Below, piece after piece: positions 7,306-14,617 of a stretch of 26,797 nucleotides of DNA. Where the stretch lies: assembly GCA_038878295.1 (NCBI GenBank), contig JAVZVY010000011.1, forward strand, positions 1 to 26,797, in the 5' to 3' direction. This stretch comes from Candidatus Micrarchaeaceae archaeon (lineage in GTDB: Archaea; Micrarchaeota; Micrarchaeia; Micrarchaeales; CABMGC01). The notes under the pieces are model-generated. The model saw only the letters and a program-made list of their open reading frames with translations, did not search any database and was not told where the DNA came from. Each line of letters starts with the position of its first letter. The stretch's first letter is position 1. A program made the translations under genes and the position numbers.

Positions 7306-9608
7306 AGCTGCTCAGCTGATGTGGGCTCATTTTCCTCCTTGTTTCTTTCAAGCAGGTATATGTTGGCGTTGCTTACCTGCTTGAGTATCTCATCATGCGT
7401 TATTATGAATATCTGATCTACTATTTTCGGCAAAGTTTCGTTGAATACATGAATAAACTTGCTCAAGCCGTTCTGGTCTATGTTGTGTGTTGGCTCATCA
7501 AGTATGATCCACCTTAAGTTAGGTACTAGCACAAGGGCAAACGCGACGCGCATCGCGAGACATGCAATGCTGCGCTCTCCGCCGCTAGCGATGGTTTCAA
7601 CCTTTTCCCAGCGCTCGCCATTATCTGCCTTGAATTTAAGTTTAAGCTCATAATCGTCGCCAGTCGCATCAAGCGCAAGACCGTCATAGTCGCCATATGG
7701 GTATATTTCGGGCCAAATCTCGTTCATCACGCTGTTTATAGCGTTTATGAGCTTCGTCCTTAGCACCACCTGAGCTTCACTTAGGGATTTGTTGAATTTT
7801 GATAGTTCCTCAACGGCTTTCTTTTTGTTTGATATTTCTTCGTTTATCTTGTTTATGGAATCTATCTGGTTCCTCCTGTCTTCTATCTGGGATTCTTTTT
7901 CATTTAACAATTTTTTGTGAGCTTCCTCTTCGGACTTTGCTCTTTCGTATGCTGACTTTTCGGATGCATACGCTTTCTGCAGTTTGTCTATCGTAGCTGA
8001 ATCGATTTTTATTTGGTCTAGCTTGGCTGATCTTTCCTTAAGTTTTTGCTGACTTTCCGCTATCTCCTTTTCGTACGAGCTTTTTCTTGAAAGAGTTTCT
8101 ATGGCGCTCTTCAAATCTAGTATTTTCTTGTTCGCTTCATTGAGCGCCGCATTCTTAGAATCGTGCTCTTTCTTTATTTCCGCGTGGCTTTTTTCCAATA
8201 ACTTAAGAGATTCTTCGAGCTTTGAAAGCTCCTCGTCAATGCCTTTGTAATCGTTAAGCCTGAGGCTATGCAGCTTCAGCTTGCTTATCTCTTCGTTGAG
8301 CTTAGAAACCTTTTCCTTTGCCATATTTAAATCTGCTAACGTTCTCTCGAGCATCTCGCTCGACATCTTGGCAAGCTGCTCCTTGCCATTGAGCAAAGCT
8401 ATCCTGGTTTCTTCGCTCAGGTCGCGCTCGCAAAGAGGGCATTTGCTTATGTGCTTCTGCAGCTCTGAAGCCCACTTTTTGGCATCTTCCATCTGCATCT
8501 TATAATATGCTGCCTTGTCTTCCAAGTCGTGCTGAGCATTGAGCGCTGCATCTGCTTCGGCCTGGAGCTTCTCCAGATTTTTGCCCCCGATTTCCTGGAG
8601 TAGTTTATCTCTATCTGCTATTCTTTTCTTCAATTGATCGATACCGGCTTCCACCTTAGAAAGTTTTCCCTGACTCTGCCGTTCAACTTCGGCAAGCTTC
8701 CTCTCGTCATTTTTGACCGCTTCGAGGCTCTGCTCGGCGCTGTGCAGTTGCCTTTCGAGTTCCTCCTTGCTTCCCAACTTCTGCGCATCTATTTTTTCTA
8801 CTTCTCGTTTGGCAAACTCGAGCCTGCTCGTTATTGAAGTGATTTCGTTTTCGAGCACTTGCTTTGCCTTGTATGCAGACATGCCTTCGCTGAGCGCCTT
8901 CTCTGCCACTTCGGCTCTTGCATTTGCGTTTTTCAGTGCCACTTCTATTTCGCGTTGCTCCTCAAGCAACTTTGCCTTTTCCTCCTCAAGAGCCTTAAGC
9001 TGCGCCTCGATTTTGGCTATGTCGAGATTCGCAACAACCTTTTCCTGATCAGCTATGGCATCCTTTATCCTGTTTATTAGAGTTTTAGCGTTGTCTGAAG
9101 CTATGCTGAACCTGTCGATCCCAAGAAGTTCGTCTATCTGCTTCTTCCTATCTGAAGGTCCGAGCTCAAGGAAATAGTCTAGTCTATTCTGCTCCGAATA
9201 CACGACTCTTGAAAATAGGTCATAGTCAACATTAAGTATCTTGCTTATCTCTTCTGTTACGCGTTTGGGCTGCGACTGCAGGTAGGCGCCATCTCTGGTA
9301 AGGGTTGCCTGTGCTGTACCGCCTCTAGATATGCTTCTTTCCACAACATAATCTTTGCCGTCGATTGCGAAATCGAGCCTCACACTCGCATTTTCCTCTT
9401 GAGAAGGCCTGCTCATTATTATATCTTCAATGCTTGAGCGCTTGTGCTGCAGTGCGGGAAAGGTCCCGAAAAGCGCGAATGATATCGCATCCAGCACGGA
9501 ACTTTTGCCTGCTCCCATCATACCTATGAGTATGTTCGTACCTTTTGTGAAGGTAAGGTGGGTATCCTTGTGCGTCTTCCAGTTGGAAAGGTGTATGCTG
9601 TTTATCAT
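7302..9608 (-). CDS. rad50: Rad50/SbcC-type SMC ATPase
   Basis: Walker A GMMGAGKSS, Q-loop YSEQ, long coiled coil with central CPLC zinc hook, signature SGGE, Walker B ILDEPT, ITHD. Confidence 0.92.
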   Translation of the reverse strand: MINSIHLSNWKTHKDTHLTFTKGTNILIGMMGAGKSSVLDAISFALFGTFPALQHKRSSIEDIIMSRPSQEENASVRLDFAIDGKDYVVERSISRGGTAQATLTRDGAYLQSQPKRVTEEISKILNVDYDLFSRVVYSEQNRLDYFLELGPSDRKKQIDELLGIDRFSIASDNAKTLINRIKDAIADQEKVVANLDIAKIEAQLKALEEEKAKLLEEQREIEVALKNANARAEVAEKALSEGMSAYKAKQVLENEITSITSRLEFAKREVEKIDAQKLGSKEELERQLHSAEQSLEAVKNDERKLAEVERQSQGKLSKVEAGIDQLKKRIADRDKLLQEIGGKNLEKLQAEADAALNAQHDLEDKAAYYKMQMEDAKKWASELQKHISKCPLCERDLSEETRIALLNGKEQLAKMSSEMLERTLADLNMAKEKVSKLNEEISKLKLHSLRLNDYKGIDEELSKLEESLKLLEKSHAEIKKEHDSKNAALNEANKKILDLKSAIETLSRKSSYEKEIAESQQKLKERSAKLDQIKIDSATIDKLQKAYASEKSAYERAKSEEEAHKKLLNEKESQIEDRRNQIDSINKINEEISNKKKAVEELSKFNKSLSEAQVVLRTKLINAINSVMNEIWPEIYPYGDYDGLALDATGDDYELKLKFKADNGERWEKVETIASGGERSIACLAMRVAFALVLVPNLRWIILDEPTHNIDQNGLSKFIHVFNETLPKIVDQIFIITHDEILKQVSNANIYLLERNKEENEPTSAEQL

Positions 9609-9673
9609 CGGCTCACAGTAAGCAATAGGATATGTCTTCTCATATTTTTATAGCTTATTGATGAAATGCTATT

Positions 9674-10183
9674 ATGAGGCTTGTAGCCGACGTGATGATG
9701 GCAAAGCTCGCTAGATGGCTTAGGCTTGCAGGTATTTCTATCTATGATGCTAATGTCGTTGGCGACGATGCGCTGATACGTTTTGTGAAAGCCAAGCGTG
9801 CGTTGCTCGTAACCGCGGATCGCGCATTGGCTGAGCGGGCTAGCAGAAGGCGCTTCAGAGTGCTTCTGGTAACTCAGAAGGATTTAGAAAGCCAGATCGC
9901 TTTCGTGGTAAAAAGCCTCAACTTAAAAATATCTGCAATGCCTGCGATGCTCTGCCCGGTATGCAATGCAAAGTTGCAGCCCATAAGCAAGAAATATGCA
10001 AAATCAAAAGTACCTGAAGCTGCATACAAAATGCATAGGAAATTTTATGTATGCAAAAAATGCGGCAGAATATATTGGCATGGAACCCATTGGAAAGCTA
10101 TAGAAAAGAGGTTTATGCGCGTCAGAAAAATCATGCGCACTATAGAAGGCTCTCCTCTTCGACCTCTACCTCGCTCACGTTAG
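9674..10183 (+). CDS. Mut7-C RNase domain protein (PIN-like plus Zn ribbon, DUF82 type)
   Basis: DVMMAKLARWLRLAG, LVTAD, CPVCN, CKKCGRIYWHGTHW. Confidence 0.92.
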   Translation: MRLVADVMMAKLARWLRLAGISIYDANVVGDDALIRFVKAKRALLVTADRALAERASRRRFRVLLVTQKDLESQIAFVVKSLNLKISAMPAMLCPVCNAKLQPISKKYAKSKVPEAAYKMHRKFYVCKKCGRIYWHGTHWKAIEKRFMRVRKIMRTIEGSPLRPLPRSR

Positions 10184-10385
10184 GCAGCTTCTTCAGCTCC
10201 TCTTCGAGCTTTGTGCTGCCTTCTTCGTCGTCTCTTACAAAAAGAACCTTTATTATCTTTATTCCGAAAGCGACGTCGCTCAGCTGTATGCCTTGCGGCT
10301 TCAGTTTCTCGGAAATGAGCTTGCTAAGCTCCTCTTCTTTGCCAGCTTCCGGATAAACCTTGAACACAATGCCGACTTTGCCCAT
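10140..10385 (-). CDS. ef1b: Translation elongation factor aEF-1beta
   Basis: MGKV..FKVYPE, VAFGIK, acidic C-terminus with NVSEVEV. Lies downstream of the Zn-ribbon gene, as is usual in archaea. Confidence 0.92.
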   Translation of the reverse strand: MGKVGIVFKVYPEAGKEEELSKLISEKLKPQGIQLSDVAFGIKIIKVLFVRDDEEGSTKLEEELKKLPNVSEVEVEEESLL

Positions 10386-10552
10386 TAAGGTCCCTCAAAT
10401 CCGCATTCAGGGCATCTATATATTACATAGGTTTCCCTGCATTGATTACACCTAACTATCTTTGCCTTACCGCACTTCGGGCAGAGAAATTCGACATACT
10501 CGTTTGTAAGCCTGCCACATGAGCTGCAGACTTTGCCTGGCAGTGATGCTAT
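10385..10552 (-). CDS. Small Zn-ribbon protein (DUF1610/HVO_2753-like), 55 aa, probable ATA start
   Basis: Not in the ORF track. Translation (I/M)ASLPGKVCSSCGRLTNEYVEFLCPKCGKAKIVRCNQCRETYVIYRCPECGFEGP* has four CxxC and the CPxCGFxGP terminus. Its TAA overlaps the EF-1beta ATG (TAATG). Confidence 0.92.
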   Translation of the reverse strand: MASLPGKVCSSCGRLTNEYVEFLCPKCGKAKIVRCNQCRETYVIYRCPECGFEGP

Positions 10553-10616
10553 ATAATCACCTTGAAATTAGCGAAGATAAATAAGTTTATTTGTCAAAAT
10601 ATATAAAGATATGCGT

Positions 10617-10691
10617 GGGCATGTGGTGTAACTTGGATAGCACGGCAGCTTGCGGAGCTGTTGGTTGCGGGTTCAAATCCCGCCATGCCCG
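10617..10691 (+). tRNA. tRNA-Arg(GCG), intronless, CCA not encoded
   Basis: Acceptor stem GGGCATG/CATGCCC, D stem GTGT/GCAC, anticodon arm GCAGC-TTGCGGA-GCTGT, T arm GCGGG-TTCAAAT-CCCGC. Confidence 0.93.
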
Positions 10692-10728
10692 AGCCGCAGA
10701 TTGACTATATCTATAGAAAATCGGCAAG

Positions 10729-11595
10729 ATGCATGCTATGAGCAAAACAAGCCAGGTAGTTACTTTAAGGCAGAATGACCTAGACGAAGCAGCAAAGGTC
10801 TTTCAGAGGTGTTTGCATAGGGAGGTCCCAAAAGGTCATGAATCGCTGCTAGCCATAAAAAACAATTTGAAAAGATTCACATGCTTTGTTTACAAAGAAA
10901 ACTATAGAATTCGGGGGCTTGCCTGGTTTCGTATGAAGCAAAATCATGTCGAATTGCTATTTATTTGCTCAAACAGATTAAGGAGGAAAATCGGCTCTAC
11001 TCTAATGCTTGAGGTGGCTAGGTATGCACTTCAGAAACACTTGACGTGGATCTATTCCAGTGTGTCATCAAAAGATAAAGCAGCAGCCAATTTCTATCGT
11101 TCTTTAGGATTCAAAAATTATAGGAAAACAGGGCATTTTGGTTATTACGTTAGGGCAAGAGCGACAGACATCATCTCTGGGGACGTAGCTAAATTTTTTG
11201 GTGAGATTACTGGAATCAACGTCGCTGCTCCGAAAACGATTTTCTCCACAAAAGTGAAAGATGCGGCATGGTACTCTGATGGCAGGATACATATCAATCC
11301 AAGTTATAATCCAGAAAACTTGACTTGCGATGAAATGATCCCACATGAATTCTTTCACTATGTACAAACAAAATTTCACGTGGGGTATGCCGAAAGAGGT
11401 CGGGAAAGTTCGGCAATGTTCTTCTCTGCTGTCTATGCCAATAGGGGGAAGAGAAAAGGAATGTATATAAGAGGGATAATCAGGTATCTACACATGAAAA
11501 AGCATATGCCAGAAGAAGGAAACGAGTATGCGTTAAGCATATTTAGGCAGAATAGATATAGCATCAAGAAGACATTATTAGGCTTTTTGGATTAG
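10729..11595 (+). CDS. GNAT acetyltransferase fused to a C-terminal HExxH zincin-like domain
   Basis: GNAT motif A RRKIGSTLM and motif B AANFYRSLGF. C-terminal AWYSDGRIHIN...PHEFFHYVQ...RESSAMFF. The start may be 10738. Confidence 0.75.
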   Translation: MHAMSKTSQVVTLRQNDLDEAAKVFQRCLHREVPKGHESLLAIKNNLKRFTCFVYKENYRIRGLAWFRMKQNHVELLFICSNRLRRKIGSTLMLEVARYALQKHLTWIYSSVSSKDKAAANFYRSLGFKNYRKTGHFGYYVRARATDIISGDVAKFFGEITGINVAAPKTIFSTKVKDAAWYSDGRIHINPSYNPENLTCDEMIPHEFFHYVQTKFHVGYAERGRESSAMFFSAVYANRGKRKGMYIRGIIRYLHMKKHMPEEGNEYALSIFRQNRYSIKKTLLGFLD

Positions 11596-11735
11596 GCGCA
11601 TTTTCTGCGCTGGAAATATGCTGAAGTTCTATCTTCCTAAAAGTAGAATTTATCATGACAAAAATTTGCTTCGGAAATAAAATGATGGCGCATAATCGCA
11701 CTTTGATATGGCCATGAGCTGCATAGAGCTCAAAA

Positions 11736-12233
11736 TCATTTCCCGGCACCTGGATTGGCATAGACCTTTTTTGCCTGCTTCCACACATCCTAGGCAACAG
11801 CGAATGTTATTATCTCTCTTTCAGTTCCGTGCGTCGCTCCTTCGATAGTTATCTTGTACTTGGATCGCATGTAGTCTAAAAATTCTTTGTTGTATTCTAC
11901 CATGATCACCACGCTTGTGTTTGTTGCTTCAGTCAGAACCGAAATCACTCTCATCAACAACGAGATTTTCGGTGGTTCGTATGTAGCTGTTTTCAAATTC
12001 TCTTAACAGTGTTTCGAACAAGTTCTTAGGTATCTCGTCTGGGCTCGTTTCAAATTTTTCTTTTGCGTAATCAGCTATTACCGATTCGAACTTAGAACCA
12101 TTGAATCTGCCAAAGCCACATTGATTGCCGACTCTTCGCCTCTTCTTCTAGCGTATTCCAGGGCTTCCCCTAGTGCTTCTTTTTCTGTATGTGGATTGGA
12201 CAACTCCTTCACAGACATTTTTTTCAGTTCTAT
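11736..12233 (-). pseudogene. Probable decayed gene of unknown function
   Basis: GGTGA-N4-ATA at 12233 opens ELKKMSVKELSNPHTEKEALGEALEYARRRGEE (stop 12078). Protein-like sequence continues in a second frame (KFESVIADYAKEKFETSPDEIPKNLFETLLRE) and a third (ORF 11790..11996). It continues past TAG 11790 as DVWKQAKKVYANPGAGK*. Confidence 0.4.
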
Positions 12234-12398
12234 ACTGTCACCAATCAAGTACAATGCGGTAAATGTTTGGTGAAGATATTTATACGTTTCTGATCTTCAG
12301 CTATTGGCAGCACTGGCAGAAATAGAAAGATACTGCAGATAGCAAAAACTCTATTGAAACAAGAGGAACAAGAAATAAAATAAAACAAAACTAATTGG

Positions 12399-12638
12399 CT
12401 ACCTCCTTCGCCTTGCCATTCTTCCCTTTCTGTTCATCTTGGATCTTGCTACGTATCCGTTCTTGTCTATGAAGTAAAGGTATCCTTCCTCCCTAGATAT
12501 CTTTTCGCTTCCAACCTTGGCTTTTCTTCCACGGCTGTTTGTCTTCATCGGCGTGCGCCACACATAGCCGTCCTTGCCTAGGTAATACAGGTAACCGTCT
12601 TCCCTGTCTATTCTCTCCTTCCCTATTCTTTCGGCCAT
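12399..12638 (-). CDS. Small basic chromatin protein, CC1-like, with two internal repeats
   Basis: Repeats ERIDREDGYLYYLGKDGYVWRTPM and EKISREEGYLYFIDKNGYVARSKM, Arg-rich tail, GGTGA-N4-ATG. Resembles the RExGYLY(Y/F)xDKxGxV motif recalled for Thermoproteales CC1. Confidence 0.7.
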   Translation of the reverse strand: MAERIGKERIDREDGYLYYLGKDGYVWRTPMKTNSRGRKAKVGSEKISREEGYLYFIDKNGYVARSKMNRKGRMARRRR

Positions 12639-12793
12639 TGATTCACCAACATTATCTCTCGTGATAAGTTTATATATCTATCGTCGATAAATCGACAGTA
12701 AAATATAAGACAGAAATTCGCCTTTTTTATCGTATGCAAATCAAAAAATTGACGCACATTTATAAATTTTGTAGTGCAATCTTTATTGATTGC

Positions 12794-13528
12794 ATGATCG
12801 AGATAAAACTTGAAAAGGAATACAAGCTCAATGGCTACATTCTGCTTGAGGGTTTCCCAAGCGTTGGCCTCGTTGGACCTATGGTAAACAGTTACATAGT
12901 AGAAAAACTAAAGATGGAGTACATAGGCCACATAGAGAGTGACGCGTTTCCGCCAATAGCCACAATACACGACGCGGTGCCGCTCTTTCCCGTAAGGCTC
13001 TACAAAGACGACAAGTTTAAAATAATAGCCATAGTTGCTGAATTCACGGTGCCACCAAATATAATATACCAGCTCAGCTACGAGCTTCTCAATTTTGTTA
13101 GAAAATATGGCATATCCCAGATTGTATCGATAGGCGGTATCATAGCAGACAAACCAAGCGACAAGGTGTTTGCAATAGCCTCGTCCCAGGATCTTATTGC
13201 TAAGGCGGCATCTGCCGGAATCAGCACAATAAGTGAGGGTGTAATAGCTGGCGTAAGCGCAATACTCCTGTCTAACGCGCCGGAGTACAACATACCGATA
13301 ATAGACATACTAGTGCAGGTAAATCCTTCAGTTATGGACCCAAAATATGCTGAACGCATAATAGCAAACCTCGAAAAGCTTATAAAGATAGAAATAGACT
13401 TAAGCGAGCTTGAAAAAGAGTCAAAAATGATACAGGCCAAGACAAAGGAAATACTCAAGAAAGCAAAGGAGTCTCACGAGAGCTACAACAACGCAATAGA
13501 CGCGACAGGCCCGTCGGCATATGTTTGA
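12794..13528 (+). CDS. Proteasome assembly chaperone, PAC2 family
   Basis: LLEGFPSVGLVG, FPP, PVRLY, DPKYA, IDLSELEKE. Start moved from 12734 to ATG 12794 (TTGA-N4-ATG). Confidence 0.9.
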   Translation: MIEIKLEKEYKLNGYILLEGFPSVGLVGPMVNSYIVEKLKMEYIGHIESDAFPPIATIHDAVPLFPVRLYKDDKFKIIAIVAEFTVPPNIIYQLSYELLNFVRKYGISQIVSIGGIIADKPSDKVFAIASSQDLIAKAASAGISTISEGVIAGVSAILLSNAPEYNIPIIDILVQVNPSVMDPKYAERIIANLEKLIKIEIDLSELEKESKMIQAKTKEILKKAKESHESYNNAIDATGPSAYV

Positions 13529-13536
13529 TTTCTGGC

Positions 13537-13638
13537 GCAGGGGTGGCAGAGTCTGGTCTGGCGTCGGCCACAGAAAAATGCGCAGGACTTAAGATCCTGT
13601 GGCTTAGGCCTTCGAGAGTTCAAATCTCTCCCCCTGCA
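13537..13638 (+). tRNA. tRNA-Leu(TAA) with a 19-nt D-loop intron (13558-13576, position 20/21)
   Basis: Acceptor GCAGGGG/CCCCTGC, anticodon arm CAGGA-CTTAAGA-TCCTG, long variable arm, T arm GAGAG-TTCAAAT-CTCTC. The extra D-loop sequence folds as a BHB-like motif. Confidence 0.92.
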
Positions 13639-13688
13639 AATGCGGCCAAATAGCAAAATTTCTTATCTTTATGTGCCGATAACTTATT

Positions 13689-13943
13689 ATGGACGAAAGA
13701 GAGCTTATCGGAAAGATAACGCATTATTATGACAAAATAGGCGTTGCTGTTGTGGACCTATCTGCAAAGATAAGGGTTGGTGAAAGAATCGTCATCGAGG
13801 GTCCAAATACGAGCTTTGAGCAAACGGTTGAAAGCATGCAGGCCGAGCATATCGACATAAAAGAGGCGAATCCTGGCGAATCCATAGGCCTCAAGGTTTC
13901 GAATCCTGTAAAGGAAGGCTATAAAATATATCGCGCACAATAG
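13689..13943 (+). CDS. Small beta-barrel protein (translation-factor domain II-like / U32 peptidase C-terminal-like)
   Basis: IGKITHYYDKIGVAVV...GERIVIEG..T.FEQTVESMQ...GESIGLKV..PVKEG is a conserved small archaeal/bacterial family pattern. Confidence 0.8.
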   Translation: MDERELIGKITHYYDKIGVAVVDLSAKIRVGERIVIEGPNTSFEQTVESMQAEHIDIKEANPGESIGLKVSNPVKEGYKIYRAQ

Positions 13944-13955
13944 CATTACGTTTAA

Positions 13956-14043
13956 GCCCCCGTAGCTCAGTGGTATCGCTAAGACACTAAAGAGCGTCTG
14001 CATGGTAAGCAGAAGGTCGCGAGTTCGATCCTCGCCAGGGGCT
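13956..14043 (+). tRNA. tRNA-Thr(GGT) with a 16-nt D-loop intron (13975-13990, position 20/21)
   Basis: Acceptor GCCCCCG/CAGGGGC (one C-A mismatch), D stem GCTC/GAGC, anticodon arm TCTGC-ATGGTAA-GCAGA, T arm GCGAG-TTCGATC-CTCGC. BHB: AGTG-GTA-TC...GA-CACT-AAA. Confidence 0.92.
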
Positions 14044-14057
14044 TTACTTTATTTTTT
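14043..14057 (+). terminator. T-rich tract after tRNA-Thr, probable archaeal terminator
   Basis: tttactttatttttt immediately 3' of the tRNA. Confidence 0.45.
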
Positions 14058-14081
14058 GTCTTCTAGGCACTCATTATTTGC

Positions 14082-14489
14082 CTATTGAGAGCTAAAAGAT
14101 ACCTTGTCGCCTATGCGCATACCTAGTTTCCTGCGTATTCCAGAATTCATCTCGAGCACGTACATAGCCGGCCTGGACGGCGTATATGTTTTGCAGGTTA
14201 ATATGCCTGCGCATGGCTTTGCATTGTCGACTGTATCTATGACTCTCTTATCACTATCGAGCCACACTATATCTATTGCAAATTTCATGCCATGCATCCA
14301 TATCCCATATCTTGCGCTCCTTCTGAATATGAAAAGCATGCCTTCTCTATCGCCAATGCTGCTTCTGTACATAAGGCCAAGAGCCTGCTTGAGGAAAGAG
14401 TCAGCTATAAGCATGCTGAAGGAATACCTTTTATATTTAACTCTAGCATGTTTGTACTTGGACTTGAGCAGAGCGTACGCAAATTTCAT
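14082..14489 (-). CDS. DUF192 family protein
   Basis: AD...ALGLMYR...GMLFIF...IWMHGMKFAIDIVWLD...YVLEMNSG...GDKV. Start uncertain (ATG 14489 preferred over 14531). Confidence 0.9.
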   Translation of the reverse strand: MKFAYALLKSKYKHARVKYKRYSFSMLIADSFLKQALGLMYRSSIGDREGMLFIFRRSARYGIWMHGMKFAIDIVWLDSDKRVIDTVDNAKPCAGILTCKTYTPSRPAMYVLEMNSGIRRKLGMRIGDKVSFSSQ

Positions 14490-14617
14490 TAGGCACATGA
14501 AATCGCACATAATTTGATAAAATCGATACAAATTTATGTTTTGTTAGTTTTATGCTACGATTGCTGAGATTTGTTATTTAAAAATATACATTAAAAATAA
14601 ATTAGCGGGGTAAAGAT

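Noticed and set aside
10670..12400. Integrated element at tRNA-Arg
   Set aside because: No duplicated tRNA 3' end (att site) or integrase seen in the window; treated only as an accessory patch.
12734..12793. Longer ORF-track N-termini for PAC2 (also L14e, cmk and amidohydrolase)
   Set aside because: The extensions run through AT-rich promoter-like or intergenic sequence. Downstream ATGs fit family N-termini and, except for cmk, the TGA-N4 signal.
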